A DNA stretch of 64,000 nt from Chrysomallon squamiferum (GCA_012295275.1 CM022673.1:13578001-13642000); one strand, 5' to 3'. Counted from the stretch's first letter, positions 1 through 14,712 are shown. The notes: generated from the letters alone by a model not told the origin. Numbers and translations: made by a program.

Positions 1-75
1 GTTTCGTCGTCTGATGTTTGAAAGAATACGAATTGTGGATATACATATTTTACCTTTTTATTTCGCTGGACGAAG
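1..75 (+). other. Candidate first (5'UTR) exon of the NR1H/EcR-like gene; true start may lie upstream of the window
   Basis: Ends in a consensus donor AAG|GTAAGT (GT at 76-77). It sits in a CpG-retaining non-coding stretch (about 1-560), whereas the following intron is CpG-poor. Confidence 0.55.
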
Positions 76-169
76 GTAAGTCAATCAGAGAATGCATGTG
101 TATTTTCTAATTCGTCTGTCAAATCGATATCAGTCCAATAGTGTGCTGGAAGTCCAATTAACGTTAAGA

Positions 170-560
170 CGTGGTAAAAAAAATGGGTCAATAAATTTGT
201 GCATAATTGCCTATCTTTTAAACTTTGATACATATGTTAATCGATAGCTGGAACTAATGCATTTAGTTCGATTAGAGATATTTTAACTTTAAAAACTCTT
301 TAATTAATGAATGCAGTTAGAAAACAACATAGATATAATGGGTTTTTAAGACTGGTTTTCGGGGCCATGGTCACCAATGTTACGTCAATAGGGTCAGACG
401 GCTCTTGTTGCTGAGGTCAGAAGTGTTGTTGTTGGATCACGAAGGGGCGTAACTCGTGAACTTTGACTACTTCAGTACTTGTGTAAGCTTTTTGACATAA
501 TCTAATAAAGAATTATTAAATTAATTACATAGTTTCGTTTAAAACAAGTAACACGTGCTT
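170..560. promoter_or_regulatory. Promoter-proximal regulatory island
   Basis: CpG-retaining. Contains RORE-type AAAATGGGTCA (180-190), CCAAT (374-378), CRE/PAR-bZIP-like TTACGTCA (380-387), GGGTCA (391-396), AGGTCA (414-419), DR1-like TGAACT-T-TGACTA (457-469) and E-box CACGTG (552-557). Confidence 0.45.
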
Positions 561-3500
561 GTACCCCACTGGCATAAGCCATTTTTTTAAACATTTTTTT
601 TTTGTATGTTTTGTTTTATTATTTTAAATTTTGAATTATACAACCTAATGAATGTATTTAGTATTTTAATTTTGAAGTTCATAAGTAAGCTATTTAGTTA
701 TTACAAATATAAAAGGCATACATTTTGTAAACTAAGCTTATATGAAATAACCAAAAAAAAAAAAAAAAAAAAAAGGAATTAATGATTAAAAAGTAATATT
801 TTTAGGTAGTTAATGGACATTTAACACAGAATTTTATTGTTGAAATACTTTCTCAGTAAACATTTGCTTTAGTCATATTCTTAATACTGACAATACTGGG
901 TTTTTTCATTATTTAACCCCACCATATTTCTTGTCTGACTTTGAGTTTTGTTAATATATATCTAACTTTATAAATAAAACATAAATGTCTGTTTCATGCA
1001 GGTTTTTGAAAAGTATATGTGAAACTGATAAATTATCTAAATTAAAAACACTCAAACAGTTGGTGGGATATACTAACATCACATGTACTTGATATCAAAG
1101 ACTGGCAATACAGTGTTGGCAATACAGATGACAAACCTGATATTTTTATGACCAGTTTTTGAATTTGTTTGTTTTCTGCATGTTTGATTCCGCTGCCTGT
1201 AATTACAGACATTGGAAGTACAATCAGTAGAAAGGTGTTTCAGTTCATTTGAACATTTTTAACAATAAAATCTATACTGATCTTTCTGCACTATATCCAT
1301 TTGGCCATTTCACATGCCATTTAATGCTCTTTTACTGGTTTATCAAAAGAACTAATCATTTCTGCTCAGCAGATGTGTTTATAAAACAACCTTGCAGTGA
1401 ATGGAGCCTTTTTATCTTGTATAATTAAAGAAAAACTCTGTTTCCTATCTGTTAACAAAGTATTATTATTATTTCTGTTTCTTACTAGCTCTTTTCAGTG
1501 GAAAGGTGTTTTCTAAACATACCATTTTGGTGTTTGATAAGAAGTTTGCTTACAATGGCAGCATTTCATTTTATCATAATAATTAATTAATTTACGACAC
1601 ATTACTATTTAAATATATTGAAATATATTTAAACATATTCATTAATTACTAAAAGATATCACAGTTTGCATTTAATTTTTTTTCTTGTGATTTGTAAAAC
1701 CATTTTTTTAACTATAATTTTTGAGAAATCTGAATTAGTACTTACTACTGTAATATCTGTAAGTTTCAAAATAGCTGGTGAAACTTAAATAATGGACTCA
1801 TTAATCATAATGTAGGTTATGAAAAACCAGATATTTACTCATTTTTTTGTTTTTTGTAACAAAATATACATGAAATATTGATCCTTCAATTTTTATTTAT
1901 TTATTATTACTATTTTTTAAATGAAAATACAATAAAATAAATAAATAGTAAAATAAAAATAAAATAGTAATAACTGTAAAGTAGAAATCCTTGTATCTTT
2001 TACATAAATGATAATGTTTTCATTTTTACTTGTTTTTCTTTATTTCTTTATTTATATTTTGAATGATATTTAAAAAGTCATTCATCATTCTTATTAAACA
2101 ATTTAATAGCAGTTCTGTATCCTGGGATACATTTGTTTAAAAGAAATGCAGTGTTTGTTATTTCTTAACAATTGTTTTATATGGTTTCTTAATAATACTT
2201 TATCTTTATAATCTGATGTTCAGTTTTTAAAAAAGATAAATTTAAAATAACTGTACTTTTGGTAAGAGTGAAAATATCATTACATAATATTCTTTCAACT
2301 TTCTAGTTAAATTTTCCTAATTTAACAGTTCCACAATTGTGTGTGTGTGTGTGTGTGTGTGTTAGCCTGATAGTTTGGTGCATCTGTTTTGTTGTCAGTT
2401 ATTGTTATACTTCATTTATTCAACATTTTATCTGTTGCCAGTGAAGCAGTTCGTAGATACAGTCCTCTTGTTCTTTCCTTTTCTTGGATACACGATAAAG
2501 AATGGAGTTGATAAAAACACAAATTTTTCTTTAGATGTGACATACATAATTTAGTTAGAAACACTTTACACAGAACCATTGAAACTAATTCTGCTTCAGT
2601 TTTATTGATCGAAGTAATCAATATTATTTTACAGGGATAATTCACTTCTTTTTCTAAGTGTACCTTTGACAATGCATAAAAAAACAGGCTAATACTCTTT
2701 ATGTAATTTGAACTGACAGATGTTTTTTTTCTCCTATTAAAAAAATTTGTAAATTCAGTAAATAGTCAGTGTTCATACATTCTTATTATTTCCAAATCAT
2801 TGGTCCATTTATTCTTTAAGTATATTTGAGATGGTACTAAAATAATCTAAATATATATATATTTTTTAGTAATTTCCAAGAAGTTGTTGTATTTTTTTTT
2901 GGAAAAATTTGAAAATGCTATTCACCCTTTGCTAATAATAAAGTATGAAAATAATTCAACAAATCTCTGATAATTTATATGTTTATTTTATTTTTTTGTT
3001 TAGTTTTTACTGTGTCATGTAAAACAGAAATGTAACAGAAAAAACTCAAACAGAGTGGTTCGTGTAAGTCAATGATGATAAAAATTCTGATATGTAGAGC
3101 TTTTTCTTCCCATAGATCATTAATGCATGAATGTATAATGACATCTCAATAACTAAATACATTAAATGTATGTGATTTCACTTACTTTACTTCTTTGTCA
3201 ATCTGTAAATTATTCTTTCTTTCATTACTCTGTAAAATGTAAACATGCAAAAAAGAAATGAAAATAAAATCTTCTAAAACTACAACACATTCAGTATAAA
3301 CTCATTCTACTTTATTTTTAGCAATATTTGGTTTTTAAGTACAAATACAACAACAACAGCAACAAAAAGAAGTCTGGAATGGATGCAAAATATATTTTGC
3401 TTAAATAAGTTATCCCAGACATTAAAGAGAAAGTTTTTAACAATTTTTGTTTATTATTTTTATTTTCTTGCAAATTTTCCTTTCAAGTAATTTTAGCTGA

Positions 3501-4934
3501 TTACTTGAACTGAGTTAATATCTAAAACAGATGCTGGCTCTAGATGAGAGGAATGTGAAATACTTGACACAATATTTTAAAAATATTTACAAGTTCTGCC
3601 AGCAAGAATCAAACTGTTGATGTGTTGTGCTTTATCTTCCAGTAGATCACAGATGAACGAATATGTAATGATATATCAGCACACACACACACCCACACAC
3701 ACACACACAATAAGGTATATGGCATACAATGATATATAAATACTCATATCCTCCCACATATTATATATATAATATCTATGGGTGTGTATGAGTGTATGAG
3801 TATTTGCATTTGTATATGTATATGTATATATGCCAAATATCTTATTTTTGTATTATGTTGTAATGAACAAGAAAAGTGCTTGTGATCTATAAGCATTTTA
3901 ATAAGAGTGTCTGTTCATATTAATGCAGTATGTTACTATTTGAGTAAATTACTGTTATTATCTGCAGCTTAAATATATTATCTACACTTACATATATATC
4001 CACTTTAAATATAGTTATCTGCATTTTAAATATGTTGTTATCCACACTTTATATATATCACTGTCAGCACTTTAAATATCTTATCTGCATTTTAAAAAAT
4101 TATTCTTATCTGAATTTCATATACCTTGTACACTTTAAATATTTTGTTATCTTTCACTTATTTAATATATGTAATAATAATAACAAACACTCGAGTATGA
4201 TGATATCAGTAGCTTAAATGGACTGAAACCTACAGTTTAATTATATTGCTAACAGCACTTTCAAATTATGTGTAAATCCTCTTGAAATGTTAAAAATGCT
4301 ACTTTAATTATGTATATATTTTTTGTTATAAATACTTTAAATGTAGTGATTTATTTATACATTAAATACTCTTTGTGATCTGTAGTAGAGATTCCTTTAC
4401 TCTTTTTAAATCAGTGTTAAATGATGTTTACATGCAGTGCATTAGTAATGATAATTTCTAGGTGAAGTATCCTGTTATTGTATTTGGAGATCTCAATGTT
4501 TTAATTGTTTTAGATTGTAAGTTTGAATGCTGGGATAGCAAGTAGCCAAGTTAATGAAGTGTAAAAAAAACTATTTGCTGTCTAAATGAAAAGCTATATG
4601 GCTATATTTCATTGTACCTGAATGAAATGGGTGGGATAAAAACACTAAATTGAAAGTATCTGTGACTCTGTGCCTTTGAAATGGTAATGTCTGCAGTATG
4701 TTATTGTGAAATAAATGTGATCTAGACAGATTTACTGTTTACACAACAGAGGTAACATAGTTGTTGGTTGTTGTTTTTTTGGTTTTTTTAATGATTGTTT
4801 TGATAATAATCTGTATAAATAAATAAATAAATAAATAAATAAATTTTTAAATATATAATAGCAATAATAAAAAGAAAAATCAGTCAGTCAGTCAATTAAT
4901 CAATAAATAAAACCTTAAAAATATAAGCAAATAA

Positions 4935-4965
<31 letters not shown>

Positions 4966-5255
4966 AAAAAAAAAAAAAAAAAAAAGACCTGCCCAGTTAG
5001 AATTATAAAAAGTATGCTTCTGAAGTTTATAACCAGACATGAAGAAATTCAGTTTTCTTCAAAGTAATTGTTTAGTACCAGTCTTTGTTAATAATAAAAT
5101 ATAACAACAAACAAGTCTCTGGTGGTTTGGTCAGTTAGTCATTTTTTGTTTTCATTTATTTGTAAAATCATTTAGCATAGAAATGTGAACAAAACCATGT
5201 AAACTGTAACCACCACAACTTTCTCATTTACTTTTCAGGTTTGACTTTATAATCA

Positions 5256-5600
5256 GTAAGTAAATTACCAGCAATATTGTTTTCTATCAGTATTAGTGAG
5301 TAAATTACTAGCATTATGTTTTTCTATTAGTGAGCAAATTACTAGCATTATTGTTTTCTATTAGTGAGTAAATTAGTAGCATTATTGTTTTCTTTTAGTA
5401 TTAGTGAGTAAATTACTAGCATTGTTGTTTTCTGTTAGTATTAGTGAGTAAATTATTTGTATTATTGAATTTTCATATAGTGGGTAAATTATTTGTATTA
5501 TTGTCTTTTCTGTTAGTGAGTAAATTATTTGTATTATTGAATTTTCTGTTAGTGAGTAAATTATTTACAATATTGTCTTTTCTGATAGTGAGTAAATTAC
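5256..5600. repeat. Minisatellite, ~30-37 bp unit (TTAGTGAGTAAATTACTAGCATTATTGTTTT...)
   Basis: About 10 recognisable tandem copies of AGTGAGTAAATTA with variable spacing. Confidence 0.9.
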
Positions 5601-6979
5601 TGTTGAAGATGAGTTTTCTGTAAAGCAATGATGCCTTGTAATCAGTAAAGTCTGTGAGTGAATTCCCATGTCTGTCAGTTCTTTTTTAAAAACAAAAATA
5701 AACAAAACACTAATAGTTCCTGGCACAAAACATTTTGAAGATACTTTTTTTTCCCTGAAGATCATTTCAGTTTTCAATAAACGACTTTTTTTTCAAGGCA
5801 AAGAACAATTTGTAAAAGAGAAGAATTTATGTCCTCTTGCAGCATCACTGACATAGTTTTAAGTATATTTGTAATGAAAATTCACTGCTGTATTTTTATA
5901 CTGTAACATCAATTGATGAAACTTTTTCTGTTCATACATGATGCGAAAAGGAATATAAACAGAAATGACAAGATTAATGACAGTGTCTTTTGTTTTATAC
6001 AAACAGGAATTAAAAAGAAAATAATGGTAATATTATCCTCATTTGAATCTGGATTACATTCTGTTTGTTGCTCAAATTACATTTTATAATAAACTGAGAT
6101 ACGCATTTTTATTTTTGTATTAGATCTGTGACATGTTTTTTTGTTTTCAAAAGGGATCTGTGATAAAGGTTAATTATTTAATGATGCCACAAACAGTCTT
6201 GTGTATTGAGTTACATAATCAGCAATGGCTGCCTTCTTCTGGAACAAGATGTCAGGCTAACCAATGAAATGAGAGTTTCCATGTGGCATAGTTTTTCTAA
6301 TCTGGGTTTCTGGCACTTTTCTACCAGTCAATAAAACAATGCTTTTATTTAAAAAAAGTACTTTCTTGTTTATCTACATGATAATTTATAAAAAATAAAA
6401 AAAATAAAAATATCTTAAAAAAAAAAAATATGATAATATTTTAAAAAATAGTTTTAAATAGTTATGTTACCTCATATACTTAAAAACACTTGACAGATAG
6501 TAATTTCTTTCTTTTGTTTTTTTTGTTTGTTGTTGTTTTTTATTATTACTTTTAATAATGTAATTTAAATATCTTTAATTTCAATGCTTTAAAAAAAAAA
6601 AAAAAAAAAAAAAAATAAAAAAACCCATTCTAAAATTACTATCTCTAAGCTGATATATTAAAATAGATATTAATCCATTAATACTTTCATGAAAGAAGCT
6701 CAAGATGATTAAATGTTTTCCCTATACATTAATACAGTTCTCAAGATTAAGACAAATAAATACTAAACCAGTGCTCAATAAAGGTTAAATGATTAAAACA
6801 TTCCGATCCTTCTTTAATAGTACTGTTTGTTAGTGAGTAGAAATAATTTTATAATTCATAGAATATTTCTCATTAATAATAAATAATGTAATCTATGTTG
6901 GAGGTGTTGTTTCCGAGTGCTTTGGGTGCATCTACAGAGGATGTTTATTATTGAATGGTTAGGTTACAGAGTTAGGTTT

Positions 6980-7215
6980 CAGTATTTTTCATCGGATTAT
7001 TTCCCATTCCAACAAGTACCTCTGTGACAATGGTGTATTCTTTCCTGTCTCTGGGTTGGTGCATAAGATATCTTACTGCTGATTAAAAAAGAAGGTACTC
7101 ATTTGTGTGTTTGCAGGTTTTCTTTTCTCATTATGTGATGGGCCTTTATATTATGACACCTGTAAGTTGCAATTGCAGATTGAAAATGTTTTGAGTGCAT
7201 TGTTAAAATAAATTT
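6980..7215 (+). mobile_element. Decayed SINE fragment (Deu/Nin-domain-like core)
   Basis: CCTGTCTCTGGGTTGGTGCATAAGATATCTTACTGCTGATTAAAAAAGAAGGTAC resembles, from memory, the GGGATGGTGCATATAAAAGATCCCTTGCTGCTAATCGAAAAGAGTAG core of invertebrate Deu/Nin SINEs. Related copies occur at about 12765, 14370 and 38590. Confidence 0.55.
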
Positions 7216-8489
7216 GTTCTTCTTCTCATGTATATTGTCACAGCTAAAGAACTAGCTTTTGAGAGCTGTTGCAGTCATTTAACAGTGTCAACATTACCTG
7301 TTTTACAGGTTTAGTACTTAAAAAAAAAAAAAAATGAGGTGTTCTGTTAACCTACTGGAAATGTTGACAAATTTCTACAATGATGCATCATTACATGGTG
7401 TAGATGTAACAAAGTTTTCATTGTGAAAATAGCTTTGTCACTTGTAAGTAAGTAAATAAAATGCAGTTGATGGATAATCCATAAAATTGTAAAATGTAGT
7501 ATTAATATTACCTGTTATTTTAAATTGTTATTTTTTTTTGTGGGATTTATTAAAATATTGTTTTGTTTAATGCTTAGAATATGTTGGCATTTTGTTATTA
7601 TTACTGTTATTATTACTGTTATTGCAGTAACATACAGAAGCAATAGTAACAGTGTATACAGTTAGACATTTTTTTAATTGTTTATATCTTGAAGAGTTGC
7701 TGAAGCAGTATATTAAATTTAATGATTTTTTTCAGAAATATGAGTGTGTACCTTTTAACAGGTTTTTAATTTTTTTTGAAAACAAATTACTGTAATTTTT
7801 ACTACACGCAGAGAACAATTATTGATCTGATAGAAATGATGACATAAAATTTTATATTAATAAAATCCTCATATTTCCACTGAATAACAGCATGAAGCTA
7901 AAATGATTAAATATTAATTAAATGTAAAAGTAAAGAAAAGTAAAGTAAAATAAAGTAAATAAATAATAATAAAAAGAAACAACTAAACTATCGAAACAGT
8001 TGGTAGACAATTCATTAGAAACTTTTAACCTTTTTTTTCTATTTATAATAATAGTAATAATAATAATGATAATAAAAAAATAAAATAACAATAACAATAA
8101 TAATAAAAAAAAAAAAGAGCACCTAATCTATTGAAACAGTTGGTTCCAATACATTTAACGATTTTTTTTTATCTTTGTATTCATAGAATAGAATTTTTTT
8201 TTTCACATGATCATCATCTTCTTCTTTTTTTTCACTGTTAATCTCTAACCACTGACCTTGTCCAGTAATTCAGCCCTCTATAGATAGGCTGGAGTCGGTG
8301 GTCATGCATGGGTGCACTGGCACAATGCCATGGATTTCCTCCCCCCCTTGGACAGTTGACCACTGGGCAGTGAGTGAATGGCAGGTCTTCACTCCTTGTC
8401 CTCAGCCTAAGGACACTGTACACATTCTCACCTTTCTGTGAACTGGAACCTGCTCTTTATTGCTGTCTTACTGCGTATATGTGTATTTA

Positions 8490-8679
8490 AATATACACTC
8501 TAGTTCTTTATCAATCTGTGTCTGCAGTTATTGTGGTGACAGGCGCTGCAGAGGATGTGCAAGGCTTTTTTCCCTCCGAGATAACGTTATATATGTTTAT
8601 ATATAGGCATAAATACACCCAGAGGGCTGTTTGATACAAAAGGTATATTCTTCTACTGTGGCTGCTGCCAATAGTGAAA
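8490..8679 (+). other. Candidate alternative first/5'UTR exon
   Basis: A GC-richer unique island (8240-8680) ends at a consensus donor AAA|GTAAGT (8680), followed by low-complexity intron-like sequence. The start is approximate. Confidence 0.3.
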
Positions 8680-8777
8680 GTAAGTTTTTATTTTTTTTAT
8701 TACATGTGTTTTTAATTTTATAAAACAATTATCTTTTTGTTTTTAGCTGGGGTTTTTGTGAATTTGGATGTTGTTTT

Positions 8778-8820
<43 letters not shown>

Positions 8821-9050
8821 TTATTATTATTATTATTATTTTTTTTTTTTATTTTGTGTCTACAAATTGATGTTATAAATATGATACAATGTAAAAAACC
8901 ACATTTATTAATTGTTTTCAATTGTTATTTATATATGTGTATATTTTTGCAAACATCAGTGTTTGTTTTTAGATCATTGATTACCTGTGGATTTTTATTT
9001 ATATTATAATTCTAATTTTTAAAATTATTTATATATTGTTATATACACAT

Positions 9051-9052
<2 letters not shown>

Positions 9053-9092
<40 letters not shown>
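9053..9092. repeat. (CA)n microsatellite
   Basis: Direct reading. Many similar (CA/TG)n tracts occur, e.g. 2340, 10270-10365, 12300-12340, 24280-24312. Confidence 0.95.
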
Positions 9093-9100
<8 letters not shown>

Positions 9101-12100
9101 TTTTTTAAATTGTTAACCATTTCTCTATTCTTTTAATTGATTTATTTTTTTTATTTTTTTTAATGTTATTTTATTTATTTATTTTATTTCTTTGTTAACA
9201 TCAGTATTAAATTTTTATATTTTATTAACATTTTTATTTGTTTATATCTTTAATATCTTTTTATTTTTATTTGATTTTATTAATGGTTTTTAAAAAGTTA
9301 ATGTTATTAATATTTTCCCATAACAATTAAATTAAATTAATTGTAATTTCAAGCTTTATTGTTATTAATTTTTATATATATCTTTATCATTAATTTATAT
9401 TAATATTATTGTTATTGTTACTGGTATTATCACGAAACATTTTAGATTGCTCATATTTTTAATAAAGGGAAGACTCACTTATTTTGTTAAATGTTTTATC
9501 AAGAATGTTCAGATATGCTTGCTGTGGAAAAAATGTCTAACTTTTTAACTCTTTAGATGCAAATATTTTTTTTTTATGTCCTAATATTTAATAAAAAAAT
9601 AAAAAAATAAACCAGTGTTTAGTGAGGCCTGACTTTATATATTAACTGAGGCATCTTTTTTAATTCAACTGCTTGATATTCTCAAATTAGATTTTTATTT
9701 TATTTTGTAAGGGCAAAAAAGAGGTTAAAAAAGTATTAAATAAATATGATTAAATATAAAATAAAAAGTGTTTTGATAGAGTAAACATTTAACTCGTTTA
9801 AACAAGGTTAAGAAAGTTCAGGATTCTGTTACAGTGTTTAAATTGATAAAAAGAAACATAGCCATATCATTTGCTAATCTTTATGAAAACATTTTCCATG
9901 TAAAACAAATTTTTGCATCTTTTATGTTTTAATATCTTGTGTCTCGTGTGTTTCATATCAGTTTTATCTCAGAGAAACCAAACCAAACTAAACTACTGTA
10001 GATGTAGGCAAGTAACTGCTACAATTATATAAACCACTGACACACACACACATGAATACACACATTCAAATCTATACATTTTATACATATTTAAGTATTT
10101 GCGTTTTTATCCATATCTGTAAATATGTCTTTTGTATTAGTTTACTTGATAGTATAAATAGTAAAAGTAAAAAGTTACCAATTGTGATATTGTGATATAA
10201 ATGTATGGGTTTGTATGTATTTTTATATTTATGTCATGTTTTTGTGTCTGTGTATATTTCTGTATGTTCTTGTGTGTGTGTGTGTGTATATGTGTATGTG
10301 TTTCAGTTTGTGTGTTTCTGTGTGTGTGTTTTGTGTATGTGTGTGTATGTGTGTGTGTGTGTGTTTCTTTTGACTGTACATACATTGACCCCATGCATAC
10401 ACTTGCTGACACCGTACAGTCAGACACGGAGCAGTTTTAGCCTGAGGATGTAATATGTCTTGAAATGTTTGTCAGGACAGAGTTGCTGGTCAGGTAATGT
10501 AGACATATAAACCTGTGATCTGTCAAGTGCAGCAGCCATGTTACTGGAAAACAGGTGAGGAAAGTCGTCTTTGAGAAGCAGTCTGCATGAGACACACAAG
10601 GAAGGCTGGTAATAATTGTTACTTTCCTCATGAAGTCAGAAAATCTTGTAGCCACAGTTAGTCCATGACAGCTCTGAAGTTTCTTCTGATGTGAAAATGA
10701 GAGATCATGACTATGATATATATATTGGTTTATTTTTAAGCATGTATATATGAGATATATGTATGTGTATGGTGGGTTTATGTGTATGTTTGCATGAAAG
10801 TAACATATGCTAAAACATTATACAGATACATTTATAGTCTACAGTTTGGAAGTTTCTTACATTGGTTTAATATAAACAACATTTATAGGAATGATACCAC
10901 AAGAGAGACAGACACATGTATATACTTACACAAAGTAAATTTATCTGTCTTCTCTCTCTCTTTTTTTCTTTTTGAACTATTACATTTTCATAAAGTTAGG
11001 ATCAGAGGGCACCATAACTTCAAATGAAATGGTTGTGTTTTGTGAATTAAAATTCAGGGGGATATGTTATACTTGAGCTGAGACTGTTAAATAAATATCT
11101 GAACATAATTTTCTTTGTGATTTATCAAAATGCATTTCAGCTGCATGAAACAAAGCTGTCAGTATTATTTATTTCTTATATTTTCATTTTAAACTTAATG
11201 ATTTCATATTGTCTTGTTTTGAATAATAACTGGAGGAATTATGTGGAATCTTAAACAAAAATTTCATAGTTAAAAATGTAATTAACCCTTATCCTCGAAA
11301 TTTCATGATTGAAAACTGATCTAATCATATTAATTTTAATTTTTTTTTTACTTGCTTTTTTTTTTTTTTTTTTTAAGCACTATTTGTATATTAGAGAGTT
11401 AATTTTACTTGATTTTAATTGAACAATTGCAGGTAATTTTTGCAGCAATTTCCTTTAATTTACTTACCTGGAAGTCTCTAAATTGAGTCACAGTAATAAT
11501 AAATATGATTACTGTAAATGATATGATTTGAAATAATCAATGATTAAATTTGTTTTGCGTAGATCCATCTATTTAACAGTTTATCTTTTCATAAAATATA
11601 TTTATATAAGATATGACACTTCAAGAACATAAAAAAGTAAAATAGAATTACTTGCTGAATTACTAACAGTGACAAATTAATTTAATTTATTATAAGGAAT
11701 CATTTGAAAGTACAGAAAAGTATTTTATTTGTTATCAATACTAAAAATGTATATTTAAAAAAAATAAACAAACAAATGAACAGAAAATTTAGATATTATG
11801 TATACAGCCACATCTGATTAACAAGAAGTAGACAAAAGTAATCACAGGAAAACTTTTGTCTCAGTTTTGACAAAGGAATCTAATAATTTAGTTACAGTAA
11901 TCCTAGAATATTTTGTCAACATCAGACACCAAGGCCATAATAAGGTCATGGACAAAAGATTAATCTTGTAAATCGGTACACGGAACATGTGTTTACAATT
12001 TCATGCAGGTGGACATACTATAGACTTAGTACTTAAATCAGAATTTACTACTTAACTAGTCGGTCCTTTATTATTGCTACAGTTTATATTTGTGACCTTG

Positions 12101-12302
12101 AGTGTATGTGTGTGTGTGTGTGTGTGTGAGTGTGGATTTTATATTCATGCATGTTTATTGGTACTGCATGTGTATGTGTGTTTTTACAATTTCATGCAGG
12201 TGAACACATAGTAAAACTATAGACTTCACTTAAATCAGAATTTACCATTTAATTACTGGATTTAATTATTATTACAGTTTAGTGTCCTTGAAAATATATG
12301 TG

Positions 12303-12339
<37 letters not shown>

Positions 12340-12764
12340 GTCAGTGGGTATAATACACAGTATATATTTGTGTATATGTGTCTGTCTCTGTGCATGTATG
12401 TATGTTTGTATCTGATTGTTTATAATTCTGTTTCCTGTTCCATTCAGTGTTGAACTATATCATAATCAAATTGAAGCCAGGCTAAATCTATTTTCATTGT
12501 CTCAAAACCAGGTTTACTGAAAACAGTTTTCCTTACTGTGGGAAGACAAACAGAAACAATTATACACAGCTAATAACTATTTTAGTAGCATTTTAAAAAA
12601 TATTGTCCTCTGGTCCCTTTCTTGTATTTCATCATCTGATTCATTTACATGTATGTCCACTGTACATAGATATATTTCTTTTAGTTAGATTTCATTGAAG
12701 AATTGTAGTGTCAGTACTGTTTTGTGCTTCTGTTGACATTTGTAATATGACAATTTATCAAACA

Positions 12765-12900
12765 TTATGGTATTGTTTTTTTGTTTATGGGAAGGCACAT
12801 CCAAAAGATCTCTTACTGCTGATAAAAATGACAGCTGTGTTGATGTGGCAAGAGATGTCTTCTCTGGTATATTTGTTTTCTTTACCTATTGTGTGTTTCC
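12765..12900 (+). mobile_element. Decayed SINE core fragment
   Basis: ATGGGAAGGCACATCCAAAAGATCTCTTACTGCTGATAAAAATGACAGC is similar to the 6980-7215 copy. Confidence 0.45.
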
Positions 12901-14369
12901 ACATAGAGGATAAAAATATGAGTGTTTCTGTTTCTCTCTCATGGTTTCTTTCTTTCTCAAAGTATATTTTCTCTAGCTCTCCCATAAATAAATGTCAGTA
13001 GTATAGCACAGCAACATCATGAATTTTGTTGTACTTGTATTACAAAAACAATAAAAAATTTAAAAAAATTAATTTTTTATATTAAGAAGAGATTTGTCTT
13101 AAATTGTTGATTTTTGTTTTTTTATGCTACATAATGTTGGTAGGATCCCAGCTGATAATGATATCAATAAAATATATATATTCTTTATAAAACTTGTTGA
13201 AAAAAATACATGATCAGGATGTTTGTCTTTATTTTTATTATTTTTTTTTTTCATTTACCAAAGAATATAAGTATATTGTTAGGATGTCATCTGACAACTT
13301 TATTCTTGAAATTTTTATTTTGTTTTAAAAAACTGTTTACTCAGATATTGCTGAAGTATATTTTTTAAATAATTTTAATGTTAACTTTTTTGTATCCTTC
13401 TTTTTAGTTTATAAACATATCAACAGTTTTACATTTATTTTTATCTTCATGATGTTAAAGGCATACACTTTGCAGATCCCCTCCCAACCCCCACACTTTT
13501 TTGTACCTGTAATCTGTTTGTATAGATTGTTAATGGCAAAATCCATTTTTTTACTGTAAACATCTGTAATATTTTTCTCTTATGTAATCAATAAATATCG
13601 ATAATTATTTAACCTTTTCTACTGACGAAACATCTACAATCACTCACAGTAAATAAGATACATATATATGTATCTATATATATTGTTAATCGAAAAATCA
13701 ATTTTCCATCTGAAACTGTAGTTTCATTTATATAGGAATATAAATGTTTTATAAAGATAATAATTATGTCTATGGAATGCATTAGTATTGGATACATGTT
13801 TTGTTTTACTACAGTTCTGTGTAACATTTTAAGATCTAATTAAATGATATTAGATACCATCTTTCTAATATCTCTGGTTGGCATGGTAATAAGACGCTAA
13901 CAACAGTATCATTTTCTTGTATATATATATTTACACACACACACAAAAGAAAAACTGATTTTTTTAGGTGGAACTAAATTAAACTCAGTCATTCATTTAT
14001 ATGAGCTCTGCAATTCAGACAGACATTTTAAATTGTAACCACAGGTTTTGATTTGTTTTGTACAGGTTTTATTTTGTGGTTTTTTCTTGTGTAATTACAC
14101 AGTGAAATGTCTGTCTGGCCACTAATAATATTTTTTATATTCTGTTTGTTTTGTGTTGATAAACATTCATTCTGTTGTAAAATTCGGGTATGTTCTGTAC
14201 TTGCTAAAAAGTAACAGGTTAATGTAGACAACTCGAGATACTAACACTATCCAGTTTTTGGCTTTATCTGTGGGAAGTATCATGGAATGTGCATCCCAAT
14301 CAGTGATAGAAAACTCTGGATTATCCTCCTAGACGACATTAACCCCATCCATTTGGTACTCTTTATCTG

Positions 14370-14470
14370 TGGGTAAAAGCATGAAATCTGCTTTCATGTC
14401 AATGGGAGGGTCTGTATAAAACATTCACTGCTGCTGATTGAAAAGTATAGTTGATAAATCTGTGTAGGTT
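14370..14470 (+). mobile_element. Decayed SINE core fragment
   Basis: TGTCAATGGGAGGGTCTGTATAAAACATTCACTGCTGCTGATTGAAAAGTATAG matches the same core. Confidence 0.4.
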
Positions 14471-14667
14471 TTACATTTGGAATATTGTCAATGTACAAGA
14501 AGAAAAATTTGATTCCATATAACTATTCATATTGAATTATTTGTATTTATGTATTCATTAACTTGATTGTTAATTACGTGAAATTACACATTGTGTAATA
14601 TATGATGATATGTAACTGATATATAACAATTTATAAAATGATATTTTTATTTTTTTGTTGTTTTTAG

Positions 14668-14712
14668 GTTTCTTGACTGATCTGACATCATCTTCAAATC
14701 TATAGAAATAAG
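14668..14712 (+). other. Candidate 45-nt 5'UTR cassette exon
   Basis: Long polypyrimidine tract plus TAG acceptor (14666-14667) and donor AAG|GTTAGT (14713). Confidence 0.3.

Noticed and set aside
1608-1633. 12-bp AT-only inverted repeat
   Set aside because: Expected by chance in such AT-rich, low-complexity DNA.
5239-5255. Possible 17-nt microexon or recursive splice site (TTTTCAG|GTTTGA...CA|GTAAGT)
   Set aside because: The donor is the first unit of the adjacent minisatellite, and there is no other support.
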